Shown here: positions 26,717-35,507 of the stretch, piece after piece
Position numbering within the stretch: the first letter of the stretch is position 1
How the letters are laid out: every line of letters begins with the position of its first letter
From: an uncultured Albidovulum sp.
GTDB lineage: Bacteria > Pseudomonadota > Alphaproteobacteria > Rhodobacterales > Rhodobacteraceae
NCBI GenBank assembly: GCA_964532985.1
Contig: CAZHIL010000522.1
Location: forward strand, 1-49,490
Reading direction: 5' to 3'
Length of the DNA stretch: 49,490 bases
Notes under the pieces: model-generated
The model's database searches: none
What the model saw: only the letters and a program-made list of their open reading frames with translations
What the model was told of the DNA's origin: nothing
Program-made: the position numbers and the translations under genes

Positions 26717-27685
26717 ATGCGTTTGAAACTTGTACCTGCAGAAACCAACTGGGATTTCTTCAAATACACAAAATATACCCTGTGGGGTTCAATTGGGGCA
26801 ATGGCTCTGTCGATACTGCTTCTTCTCGTGGTGGGATTGAACTTCGGCATTGATTTCCAGGGTGGAACAGTCATCCGAACCCAGAGCAAAGAGACTGTGG
26901 ATATCGGTGAATACCGGGACAGCGTTACTGGATTGGGACTGGGCGATATTTCCATAACAGAAGTTTTTGACCCCACTTTTGATGAGGATCAAAATGTCGC
27001 TTTAGTAAGGATAAAGGTTCAAGGTGGTGATGAAGCTGTTACCAAGGAGACTTTGGAACTTGTTCAGGAAGCCCTCAGGGGTGTCGACCCGGATATGCAA
27101 TTCCCCCTAGTCGAAAGTGTTGGTCCAAAGGTTTCCGGAGAATTAATTCAAAAGGCTGTACTTGCTGTACTTGCTGCCATTTTTTCTGTCCTGGTGTATA
27201 TCTGGTTCAGGTTCGAGTGGCAATTTTCCCTTGGAGCTGTTGCGGCATTGGTTCATGATGTTATTCTAACCTTGGGTATCTTTAGCATTTTTCAAATCAA
27301 GTTTGATTTGGCCATTATCGCTGCCCTTTTGACCATTGTGGGTTATTCGCTCAACGATACAGTTGTTGTATTTGACAGGGTTCGGGAAAATCTGAGGAAA
27401 TTCAAGAAGAAAAAACTGTTGGATGTCATGAATCTCTCGATCAATGGCACACTTTCAAGAACAGTAATGACCTCGGTAACTACCCTGTTGGCGTTGATAA
27501 CGCTAATCATTTTCGGCGGTGATGTAATTAGGGGATTTGTTTTTGCTATGACCTGGGGCGTAATTGTAGGTACCTATTCGTCCGTATTTATTGCCGGGTT
27601 TGTATTGGTTAAACTTGGGGTCAAAAGGGATTGGTCAAAAACCGAGGATGTCGAAGCGACACAGTTCAAATCAAAGAATAGGTAA
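26717..27685 (+). CDS. secF: Protein translocase subunit SecF
   Basis: It has GLNFGIDFQGGT and LTIVGYSLNDTVVVFDRVREN, and immediately follows secD. Confidence 0.95.
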   Translation: MRLKLVPAETNWDFFKYTKYTLWGSIGAMALSILLLLVVGLNFGIDFQGGTVIRTQSKETVDIGEYRDSVTGLGLGDISITEVFDPTFDEDQNVALVRIKVQGGDEAVTKETLELVQEALRGVDPDMQFPLVESVGPKVSGELIQKAVLAVLAAIFSVLVYIWFRFEWQFSLGAVAALVHDVILTLGIFSIFQIKFDLAIIAALLTIVGYSLNDTVVVFDRVRENLRKFKKKKLLDVMNLSINGTLSRTVMTSVTTLLALITLIIFGGDVIRGFVFAMTWGVIVGTYSSVFIAGFVLVKLGVKRDWSKTEDVEATQFKSKNR

Positions 27686-27693
27686 ATAGATTT

Positions 27694-28455
27694 TTGGCAT
27701 CTTTCTTTGGAGAGCTCTTACCTGAAGTATCCTTGCAAGGACTACTGATTTTATCAATAGGTGCCTTTATTGCAGGACTTGTAAGGGGTTTTTCCGGCTT
27801 CGGAACGGCAATGGTGTATCTGCCATTTGCGGGTTCGCAGTTATCTCCCGTTTGGGCCTTGACCTCGATGGTGATAATGGACCTGATTGCACCTTTAACC
27901 CTGGTGCCCAAAACACTCAAGGACACCTATCTTCCTGATATATACAAACTTGGTTTAGGGGCATTGATTACCTGTCCGATTGGGGTATTAGTTCTTGTAC
28001 TCCTTGAACCGGAAATATTTCGATATTCAGTATCCCTATTGACGTTTGTTTTGTTGGTCCTACTGGTAATTGGTTTTCGTTACAGGGGTAAACTGACCGC
28101 TCCGCTAATTGTTGGTACTGGTGGTTTGGGGGGCTTTCTATCTGGAACTGTAGGACTTCCCGGACCTCCTGTTATCATGTTGTACATGGCTAGTACCCTG
28201 CCTGTTAAAACAATTAGGGCAAACAATTTCATATATCTTATTTTTGCCGATTTTCTATTGTTGGGTGTATTTGGCTTCAAGGATATTCTGGATTTCTCGG
28301 CTGTAATTATAGGTGTGATAGTAATGCTGCCTTATTTGACTGCTTTGTGGATTGGAACATATTTATTCGATTCTGAGAAGGAGAAGCAATACCGAAATAT
28401 AGCCTATCTGATAATTTTCTTCTCAGCCCTAATCGGTTTGCCTATCTGGTACTGA
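27694..28455 (+). CDS. TauE/SafE (TSUP) family membrane transporter
   Basis: It is a ~250 aa polytopic membrane protein with a duplicated 4-TM pattern (GFSGFGTAMVYLP and GTVGLPGPPVIMLY). It has a TTG start and no upstream in-frame ATG. Confidence 0.75.
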   Translation: MASFFGELLPEVSLQGLLILSIGAFIAGLVRGFSGFGTAMVYLPFAGSQLSPVWALTSMVIMDLIAPLTLVPKTLKDTYLPDIYKLGLGALITCPIGVLVLVLLEPEIFRYSVSLLTFVLLVLLVIGFRYRGKLTAPLIVGTGGLGGFLSGTVGLPGPPVIMLYMASTLPVKTIRANNFIYLIFADFLLLGVFGFKDILDFSAVIIGVIVMLPYLTALWIGTYLFDSEKEKQYRNIAYLIIFFSALIGLPIWY

Positions 28456-28534
28456 TTTCCAAAAGGCCTGGGTACAGCTACTAACCAGAAGCAACCCTAT
28501 ACATTACAAATTTTGTTTTATTGACAAAAGATAT

Positions 28535-28756
28535 TGTCACTACCGGTTTAAATTTATACCAATACTAACAGTTTAAAATTGTACCACTATCTCTGGGGCG
28601 GATCCCCGTGACGGTGGTTCCCCGGGGAAAAATCTAATCTGCCTGCAACAAAAAAAATCGAGCAGAGGAGATTTTGCGATGCTAGCATTGGAGGATATTA
28701 TGGATTTTCATCAGTTGAAACAAGAAGGAATGTCCCTTAGGGCCGATTGGTTTTAG
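28535..28756 (+). mobile_element. Remnant of an IS21-family element: putative left end plus first ~22 codons of istA-like transposase gene
   Basis: A GAGGAG RBS lies 8 nt before ATG 28679. The encoded MLALEDIMDFHQLKQEGMSLRA matches the IstA N-terminal HTH pattern (compare ML.REDFYMIKQ....G). The ORF stops at 28756, exactly where the high-GC block starts. Upstream there is a TGTCAC terminus-like sequence at 28535 and two GTTTAAA(T/A)TT(A/G)TACCA subterminal direct repeats (28546-28561 and 28571-28586). Confidence 0.45.
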
Positions 28757-29490
28757 TCAAGGTTCACAAGTCCCCGAATGGCGGTTTCGAACAGAATACG
28801 CTCTCTCTTTGCCGATTCAACGGGTCCGAATTTCTCCTGGGTAAGTGCATTCACCGTTCCAATGCAGAGAGTGGCACAGACAACGTTCAGTGCTTTCGCT
28901 GCTGCAAGCAATGCAGAAGTTTCCATGTCGATGGCAAGAACCGATTGCCGAACTAGTTTGCGTATGTTGAGATCGACCTGTCGAAGACCCTCCTCGTCTA
29001 TGCCAAACATGTCGCGGTAGAAGGCGTCGAAGGTGGCATACCTGCCGACTCTGAATGCCTGTCCATTTGTTGTTGCGGATTCTTGAAGCGCTTTAACTAA
29101 CGAGGCGTTTGCTGGATAGGGGGAACCGCTTTGCAAGTAAGCCGGGGAAGTACCGTCGAATCCAATAGCATCCCGGCTGATCATAAGATCACCTGGTTCG
29201 GCTGGACTGATATACATGGCAGTTCCGATCCGCAGAAACCGTGTGATACCAAGATCACTGAGTTCATGCAGTACAATCGTGGCAATGGGTGCACCCATTC
29301 CGTAAGCAGAAACGGTAATTTTGTGGCCCTCGAAATAACCATTTAACGTTTCAAGTCCTCTCTTCACCGGAAGAAACTCCGGATTCTCAAGATGTTCCGC
29401 AATGCGTCTTACCCGCCCCGGGTCGCCGACAAGAATGGCTCTGTCTCCGACCGCATCAGCTTTGTGTCCTAAATACCATGCACGCTTCAT
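28753..29490 (-). CDS. Nucleoside phosphorylase, PNP/UDP family 1 (DeoD/Udp-like)
   Basis: The motifs AILVGDPGRVRRIA, YGMGAPIATIVLHEL and AIDMETSAL are typical of hexameric purine/uridine phosphorylases. The start is taken at the ATG overlapping the upstream stop (ATGA); 29499 is also possible. Confidence 0.8.
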   Translation of the reverse strand: MKRAWYLGHKADAVGDRAILVGDPGRVRRIAEHLENPEFLPVKRGLETLNGYFEGHKITVSAYGMGAPIATIVLHELSDLGITRFLRIGTAMYISPAEPGDLMISRDAIGFDGTSPAYLQSGSPYPANASLVKALQESATTNGQAFRVGRYATFDAFYRDMFGIDEEGLRQVDLNIRKLVRQSVLAIDMETSALLAAAKALNVVCATLCIGTVNALTQEKFGPVESAKRERILFETAIRGLVNLD

Positions 29491-30332
29491 GGTTTCCACT
29501 CCGGCATACGGGTGATCAGTAGGTCCCGTGTGCTCAACAAGCCCTTCCGCAGAGCTTCGACCGGTGCTGTAAGCGATACCATTTCAGCGGCGATGAATCC
29601 ACCTGCCAGTGTGTCCCCTGCACCTGTGGTATCGGCAATCGCCATCCGCTTAACCTCGACAGTATCGCACCGGCCTCCTGACTGTACCATGACTCCATTT
29701 ACGCCGCCAGTTTCAATGATGATTGTATCACCTTTTGTTCGTCCGATCAGGTCGCGTTCTGCAGCATTGCAAAAAATCACGTTCGCTTGCTCGGAAAGAT
29801 CGTTGCGCAAGTCAGAGGGATAGGCGTGAAGATCCCTCTTGAGTACCCAGTAAAGTCGGGACCGATCCGTTCGGTAGTGCAGAATGTCCTCCAAAAGATG
29901 CGGCGGACCCGCCGTGATACAAATGTGGCTTGCATCCCTGAGTATCTCCTTCTGCTGTGTGTTCAGACGCTCTTCGCCTGGAAATACGGGATCAAAGAGA
30001 CAAGCGCAACTTTGGTCCGGCTGATAGGCTAGGATGGCGGTTGGTGTACAACGCCCGGGTAAAGTCGCGATCCCATCAATATTGACGCCCTTGGACGCAA
30101 GCTCCTGCTTGTATCCACAGCCCGCTTCGTCGTCTCCAACCCAGCAGATTGCATTCGATTTCTGTCCCAACTTTGCCGCCGCCACGGCTACATAGGCCGG
30201 ACAACCGCCAGCCCTAGGCCAGCCAGATGGATCGCGACTGTTTATCAGGGTGGTTTGATCGCCGACGATACAACCTGCAAGTCCGACCACATAGTCGATG
30301 CTCGCATATCCGGTTACCGCAAGGTAAGTCAT
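29487..30332 (-). CDS. PfkB-family carbohydrate/nucleoside kinase
   Basis: It has the C-terminal PfkB signature DTTGAGDTLAGGFIA and a ribokinase-like length of ~280 aa. Confidence 0.85.
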   Translation of the reverse strand: MTYLAVTGYASIDYVVGLAGCIVGDQTTLINSRDPSGWPRAGGCPAYVAVAAAKLGQKSNAICWVGDDEAGCGYKQELASKGVNIDGIATLPGRCTPTAILAYQPDQSCACLFDPVFPGEERLNTQQKEILRDASHICITAGPPHLLEDILHYRTDRSRLYWVLKRDLHAYPSDLRNDLSEQANVIFCNAAERDLIGRTKGDTIIIETGGVNGVMVQSGGRCDTVEVKRMAIADTTGAGDTLAGGFIAAEMVSLTAPVEALRKGLLSTRDLLITRMPEWKP

Positions 30333-30883
30333 TCAATCAGTCCCTTCGCTTCGCTTGTTGTAACAAGATGCCCAAAATAGCGCTCTATATCCTCGAGGGA
30401 TGCCTCAGCAAGATGCCGTCGGTTGGAATTGGTTGCATCCTTAACCACGTGGACCTCAAACCCGTACGCGAAGGCATCCTGCACTGTTGCTCGGACACAT
30501 ACATTCGTCTTGACCCCGCAGACAACCAGACGTTTCACCGATTGCTCTTGCAGGAAAAGTGCTAGCTCGGTTGCAAAGAAGGCACTAAAGCGACGCTTGA
30601 CAATTTCGATTTCCTCGGCACCTGAACCTGGTCCAAAGCCAGAATAGTAACCGGCATCGAATTCGCCACTGACACAATGTATTGGAAGGTGCCTGTTCTC
30701 AAAGTCCTCGAAACCTTCTCGGTGTCGTTCAGCCACATGAACAACAAGGGTTCCGCATGCTCGTGCTCTTTCGATAAGTGCAAGGCAATTTGGCACCACA
30801 AATGGCGCTTCAGCATAAAATTGTTTCCCGTCCAGATGGAGAAACGAATTCTGCATATCGATGACGATGAGAGCTGTCTTCAT
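30329..30883 (-). CDS. Isochorismatase-family cysteine hydrolase (nicotinamidase/RutB-like amidohydrolase)
   Basis: It has ALIVIDMQNSF and VVCGVKTNVCVRATVQDA, which supply the D-K-C catalytic-triad context. The preferred start is ATG 30883, overlapping the permease stop (TAATG) behind an AAGGTGGAG RBS. Confidence 0.85.
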   Translation of the reverse strand: MKTALIVIDMQNSFLHLDGKQFYAEAPFVVPNCLALIERARACGTLVVHVAERHREGFEDFENRHLPIHCVSGEFDAGYYSGFGPGSGAEEIEIVKRRFSAFFATELALFLQEQSVKRLVVCGVKTNVCVRATVQDAFAYGFEVHVVKDATNSNRRHLAEASLEDIERYFGHLVTTSEAKGLIE

Positions 30884-31779
30884 TACATCTCCACCTTGGT
30901 CTTGCTGCTTCTCCATCCAGCCCAGCATAGCGCCAACATTACCATTAAATAGGGAATCGTACCAATTAGTTTCGGTGGCAAACCGGCTGTCTGCATGCGG
31001 ATCTGTGAAGCATCAAGAAACCCGAACAACAGACAGACCAAGGCCGTTGGGATCGGTCTGTTACGACCGAAATAGAATGCCGCCAGGGCGATAAAGCCTC
31101 GTCCAGCCGAGAGGCCTTCGTTGAACAGCCCTATCGAGGCGAGGGCGAGATGGGCACCACCCAGGCCAGAATATGCACCCGCGATCATTGTCGAGATATC
31201 TTGCATGCGCTTAGGTGCGAGCCCCATGGCGTGGGCCACTCGGAGTGCGTTTCCGGTTGCACGTAACCGCAGTCCGAACCGAGTATTGGACAGCACAAAC
31301 GGCAGAACGAATACCGAAAGCCAGGCAAAGAGTGTGATCGGTTCAAGACCTGCCAGCATGGGTCCGACAACCGGAATTGCCGAAACCTGATCGGGAAGGA
31401 TCTTGGGCAGAAGTTTAACATCCGACATCCGCAACGTACCACTTGAGTTGAATGCCCAGCTCAATACGAATCCTATGAGTCCGGCGATCAGGAAATTCAA
31501 GCCAAGTCCGGCGACGATCATGTCAGCACGCATTCGGGTGATAGCAAGTGAGAACAGGAGGCCGACAAAAGCGCCGGAAGCTGCCGCCGTCAGGATGGCA
31601 ATCAACCAAGATCCTGTCAGCGACGAAATGATGACTGCGACAAACGCACCTGTAAGTATTTTCGCTTCGAGCGCGATGTTGACAATTCCTGCATGCCTGT
31701 TGATTAGGCCGCCAATTGCTGCCAAGAGGATGGGCGTTGTCAGGATGATCGACGCCGACAGTATCTGGTCGATGATCAT
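30883..31779 (-). CDS. ABC transporter permease (BMP/nucleoside-type, YufQ/NupQ-like)
   Basis: It is a polytopic hydrophobic protein of ~300 aa. It is the second of two permeases downstream of a BMP-family binding protein and a duplicated ATPase. Confidence 0.85.
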   Translation of the reverse strand: MIIDQILSASIILTTPILLAAIGGLINRHAGIVNIALEAKILTGAFVAVIISSLTGSWLIAILTAAASGAFVGLLFSLAITRMRADMIVAGLGLNFLIAGLIGFVLSWAFNSSGTLRMSDVKLLPKILPDQVSAIPVVGPMLAGLEPITLFAWLSVFVLPFVLSNTRFGLRLRATGNALRVAHAMGLAPKRMQDISTMIAGAYSGLGGAHLALASIGLFNEGLSAGRGFIALAAFYFGRNRPIPTALVCLLFGFLDASQIRMQTAGLPPKLIGTIPYLMVMLALCWAGWRSSKTKVEM

Positions 31780-32843
31780 GAGATGGCCCGGCGTCGGAAG
31801 AGGGTGATCCGACCAAGTTCAACGACTGCAAAAATCATCACCGTCCCCTCAATGATGTTGACGATATCAAGTGGGATATCTGAAAAGAGTTGCACAGTCG
31901 TTCCGGCAGAAGCAAGTGCACCGAACAGGATTGCACCGAAAAGAATGCCAACGGCTGTATTTCGCCCGAGCAACGCTACTGCCATGCCGGTAAATCCGTA
32001 TCCTGGAGAAAATCCCTCGGCGAAACGGTGAAGCTGCCCTAAAGCGTGCGATGCACCACCCATGCCCGAAACGAAACCTGATATAACCATGACAAGGATT
32101 ATGGTGCCCGGAATCGAAATGCCGATCGCCCTAGCGAAACGCCGGTTCCTGCCGACAATGGCGTTCTCGAGGCCGGCAGGAGTCCTTTGGGTCCAGAACC
32201 CGTAGCCTGCCACAACGACAAGTCCCAAGATAAAGCCGGCATGCAGCGTCGAGGGAGGGATCAGCCTAGCTAGTTCAGCACTCTCGTGGATAAGTGGCGT
32301 GACGTTGTTTCCCGTCATTTCGGACAATAGTGGCCCATTTACAAGGTAGCCGGTCACTCCCAAAGCCACGAAGTTGAGCATAAGTGTCGTGACCACCTCC
32401 TCGATCTCGTAGCGCGCGAGCAGGTATCCTGGTACAACAAGCCAGAATGTACTCACCATCGCGGCAAGAGCGAAGCCAAGTGGTATCAGCATTGGTCCGA
32501 AAGTGGCGGGAAGAGCGAAACCAATGAAGGCGGCTCCAAGTCCTCCGACGATGAAAGCGCCTTCAACACCGACGTTGAAGACACCGGCGCGGAAGCAGAT
32601 TGCCGTTGCCACACCAGTGAAAAGGAGTGGGGTGGCGGCCGACATAGTGGCGGCGAATCTGTTGGTCGAACCGAAAGCTTCGACTGCCATCAACGTGAAG
32701 ACCATTAGCGGATTCTCACCAATGACCAGCAGTACGAGGGACGCGACCACTAAAGCCGCTATAAAGGGAAAGGTCAATGTAAAACCCTTTTCGAGCCACG
32801 CTTCACCGGCTGTCAGGAGAACTTTCTTCAGTTCACGCTGCAT
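31776..32843 (-). CDS. ABC transporter permease (BMP/nucleoside-type, YufP/NupP-like)
   Basis: It is a polytopic hydrophobic protein of ~355 aa. It overlaps the neighbouring genes by 4 and 11 nt. Confidence 0.85.
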   Translation of the reverse strand: MQRELKKVLLTAGEAWLEKGFTLTFPFIAALVVASLVLLVIGENPLMVFTLMAVEAFGSTNRFAATMSAATPLLFTGVATAICFRAGVFNVGVEGAFIVGGLGAAFIGFALPATFGPMLIPLGFALAAMVSTFWLVVPGYLLARYEIEEVVTTLMLNFVALGVTGYLVNGPLLSEMTGNNVTPLIHESAELARLIPPSTLHAGFILGLVVVAGYGFWTQRTPAGLENAIVGRNRRFARAIGISIPGTIILVMVISGFVSGMGGASHALGQLHRFAEGFSPGYGFTGMAVALLGRNTAVGILFGAILFGALASAGTTVQLFSDIPLDIVNIIEGTVMIFAVVELGRITLFRRRAIS

Positions 32844-34446
32844 GAAGGTTTCCAGCTCCAGCCAGCATCATGCGACCAATGGTTGTGATATCAGCACGTT
32901 TTCTGGGCACTTCGCCAACAATACGACCATCGGTAATGACGTAGATTCGATCCGATAAAGCAATGATCTCGTCTAGTTCCTCCGAAACAAGCAGAACAGA
33001 GCCGCCTTCAGTGCGGATGTCAGCCAAGATGGAATGAATTGCCGCAATCCCCTTGAGATCCACTCCCCTGGTTGGCTGTGAAACGATCAGGAGAGTAGGA
33101 TTCTGAGCCGTTTCCCGTGCAAATACCGTACGCTGCTGGTTGCCGCCCGACAAACTGCGCACTGCATCCCGCAGGGAGCCGAACCTTACGTTGAGCCGAG
33201 ACAAGCGTTCCGCTGCCATTTGGCGCAGAGCAGCAGGAGAAATTGCAACACCCTTGCAGATCGGTGGTGTGTGCAGACTTCCAGCAGTAGCGTTGATTTC
33301 GATGCTTACATCCAGCGCCAAGCCCTCGTGCCTCCGGTCGGCACTGACATAGCCCATGCCACTTTCCCTGCGTATTTTGATTGTGGCGTGCGTGATATTC
33401 CGGTCCTTCAACATGATACGTCCCGATAACGTTTCACGCAGGCCGACGAGACACTCAACAAGTTCGGACTGTCCGTTTCCCGCTACACCTGCGAGCCCGA
33501 CGATTTCGCCGAAACCGACGGTCAGGTTGATGCCGCGGAGCGGATGCGATCTTTCGATTGATGGTGCGCAGAGGGCTTCTACATCAAGCACGTTGTAAAC
33601 GTGTTTCGACTTTCGTGGTTTCTCGAAAATCGGTTCCTCATGGTTGTACTCTCCTGCGACAACATGGCTCGCAATCTCCGCCATGTTGGTCTCGCTGATA
33701 CGACGTGAAAACGTCACTTCTCCACGGCACATGACGGTTACCTTGTCTGCAAGAGCCATTACCTCCCTGAGTTTGTGGCTGATGAAAAGGATGGTCGTAC
33801 CTCCTTCGCGCAGTTGTCGAAGTAGCTCGAAGAGGTCATTGACCTGTTGCGGTGCCAGGACCGAGGTCGGCTCGTCCATGATGAGCACTTGTGTGCCGCG
33901 ACGCAGCAAACGGATTATCTCGACGTACTGCTGGATGTGGACAGGTGCCGTTCCTGCTCTCCGGTCCCAGTCAATCCTGATGCCAGCCTGTGCAGAAAGG
34001 GCATCACCGGAAGCACGTGCTGAATTCCAGTCAATACGTGCAACCGCCCCCTTGACCGGTTCGTCTCCTAAAACAAGATTCTCGATCAACGTAAGGTCTG
34101 GAGCCAACATAAATTCCTGGTGAATCATGCCGATTCCGGCAGCGAAAGCTTCGCGTGGACCGCTGAACCGGCGTGGTTCATTGTTGACCAAGATTTCACC
34201 TGAGTCCGGCTGCTCGATACCTTGCAGGATCCTCATCAGCGTTGTTTTACCTGCACCATTTTCGCCAACGATCGCGTGAATCTCCTGTGGTGCAACTGTC
34301 AGTGAGACGTTTCGGTTTGCCTGGACCGTTCCGTATGACTTGTTCAGTCGAGTGGTACCAAGGCGGACGGTCACCGTTTTGTCTGATCCACGGATCATTG
34401 TGGCTGCAGAATCCACTGGACTTCCGACTTTCAATAGATCAGCCAA
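32833..34446 (-). CDS. ABC transporter ATP-binding protein (duplicated ATPase, nucleoside/BMP-type)
   Basis: It has Walker A GENGAGKTT, the signature LSGGNQQRTVFARE and Walker B LIMDEPT, indicating two nucleotide-binding domains. Confidence 0.9.
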   Translation of the reverse strand: MADLLKVGSPVDSAATMIRGSDKTVTVRLGTTRLNKSYGTVQANRNVSLTVAPQEIHAIVGENGAGKTTLMRILQGIEQPDSGEILVNNEPRRFSGPREAFAAGIGMIHQEFMLAPDLTLIENLVLGDEPVKGAVARIDWNSARASGDALSAQAGIRIDWDRRAGTAPVHIQQYVEIIRLLRRGTQVLIMDEPTSVLAPQQVNDLFELLRQLREGGTTILFISHKLREVMALADKVTVMCRGEVTFSRRISETNMAEIASHVVAGEYNHEEPIFEKPRKSKHVYNVLDVEALCAPSIERSHPLRGINLTVGFGEIVGLAGVAGNGQSELVECLVGLRETLSGRIMLKDRNITHATIKIRRESGMGYVSADRRHEGLALDVSIEINATAGSLHTPPICKGVAISPAALRQMAAERLSRLNVRFGSLRDAVRSLSGGNQQRTVFARETAQNPTLLIVSQPTRGVDLKGIAAIHSILADIRTEGGSVLLVSEELDEIIALSDRIYVITDGRIVGEVPRKRADITTIGRMMLAGAGNLHAA

Positions 34447-34478
34447 TTGCCTTGAGGTTTAGCTGTGGTTTTCCAGTC

Positions 34479-35507
34479 CTACTTGAAGAAATCGGGATAC
34501 CCCTGCATTGACACGTCCCAGACGTCGATTTTGCCTGCGACCACGTCGGCCTTCAATGCCTCGACCTGAGCGATGTAGGATGCCGGAATAATGTCCTTGG
34601 TATGCTTCATCTCTGACAATCCGACGCCGCCCTGAGCAAGCCCGAAGTGCATAATCTCGCCTCCAGGGAACTGCATCGATGCATAGCTATCGATGATCGT
34701 CTCCACGGCCACATCAACACGCTTGATCATGCTTGTAAGCACATTGCCGGGTGCCATGCTGTCCTGATCGGTGTCGACACCGATTGCATAGCGACCTGCA
34801 GACTTGGCAGCCTCAATGATCCCAATGCCTGTTCCACCAGCGACCTGATACACAATGTCCACGCCTTCATCGAACATGGCTTGTGCCATCTGCTGACCCT
34901 TTGCCGGGTCGCCGAAACTTTCGGCGTATGCGACCTTTACTTCAATGTCCGGATTGATCGCAGTGGCTCCCTGGATGTAGCCGGCGATGAACTTGTCGAT
35001 TCCGGGTGACTTCCTGCCACCGATCACCCCGATGATAGGATCGGCATTGATGCCGGCAATCGAAGTGTCGGTTGTAACTAGGGCTGCCAATGCACCGGCA
35101 AGAAATGAGCCCTCGTGTTCTGCAAACACGACCGAGGCGATGTTCTCTCCATCGCGGGTTTGGTTCATGATCACCCATTTCGTATCGGCATAGTCCTGAG
35201 CGACCTTTTGCATCGGCTCTCCATGGATCCACTCGAGGCTGATTACCAGGCCGAATCCACCCTCGGCAGCGCGACGCATAATTTCCTCACCCTGTGCTGC
35301 AACATCCTTGGATTCGATGGTGCGCCCTTGGACACTGTTGTTTTCGACTCCTGACTGAAAGCCGGCATATGCGGTGTCATTCCAAGATCCGTCTCCTAGT
35401 CCGCCTTGTGCAATGATCAATGCGACGGGTGCCATATCCTCTGCAATCACTGAACATGTGCCCATGCCAAGTGCCAGCACGCTTGCCAGTATAAATTTTT
35501 TCAACAT
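34479..35507 (-). CDS. BMP-family (Med/PnrA-like) ABC substrate-binding protein, probable nucleoside-binding
   Basis: It has a signal peptide, then GGLGDGSWNDTAYAGF and the GVIGG / YQVAGGTGIG patterns typical of basic-membrane-protein family binding proteins. Confidence 0.9.
   Translation of the reverse strand: MLKKFILASVLALGMGTCSVIAEDMAPVALIIAQGGLGDGSWNDTAYAGFQSGVENNSVQGRTIESKDVAAQGEEIMRRAAEGGFGLVISLEWIHGEPMQKVAQDYADTKWVIMNQTRDGENIASVVFAEHEGSFLAGALAALVTTDTSIAGINADPIIGVIGGRKSPGIDKFIAGYIQGATAINPDIEVKVAYAESFGDPAKGQQMAQAMFDEGVDIVYQVAGGTGIGIIEAAKSAGRYAIGVDTDQDSMAPGNVLTSMIKRVDVAVETIIDSYASMQFPGGEIMHFGLAQGGVGLSEMKHTKDIIPASYIAQVEALKADVVAGKIDVWDVSMQGYPDFFK

Noticed and set aside
28590-28640. GC-rich patch GGGGCGGATCCCCGTGACGGTGGTTCCCCGGGGAAAAA, considered as a tRNA fragment/att site or a terminator
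   Set aside because: No cloverleaf or T-arm consensus can be built. The A-run follows rather than a U-run, so it is not a plus-strand intrinsic terminator. It most likely belongs to the 5' untranslated region of the IS21-like remnant.
31121-35354. Many plus-strand ORFs of 68-159 aa inside the high-GC block (e.g. 33644-34123, 32503-32958, 31403-31807)
   Set aside because: High G+C suppresses stop codons on the antisense strand. All of them overlap strongly supported minus-strand ABC transporter genes.
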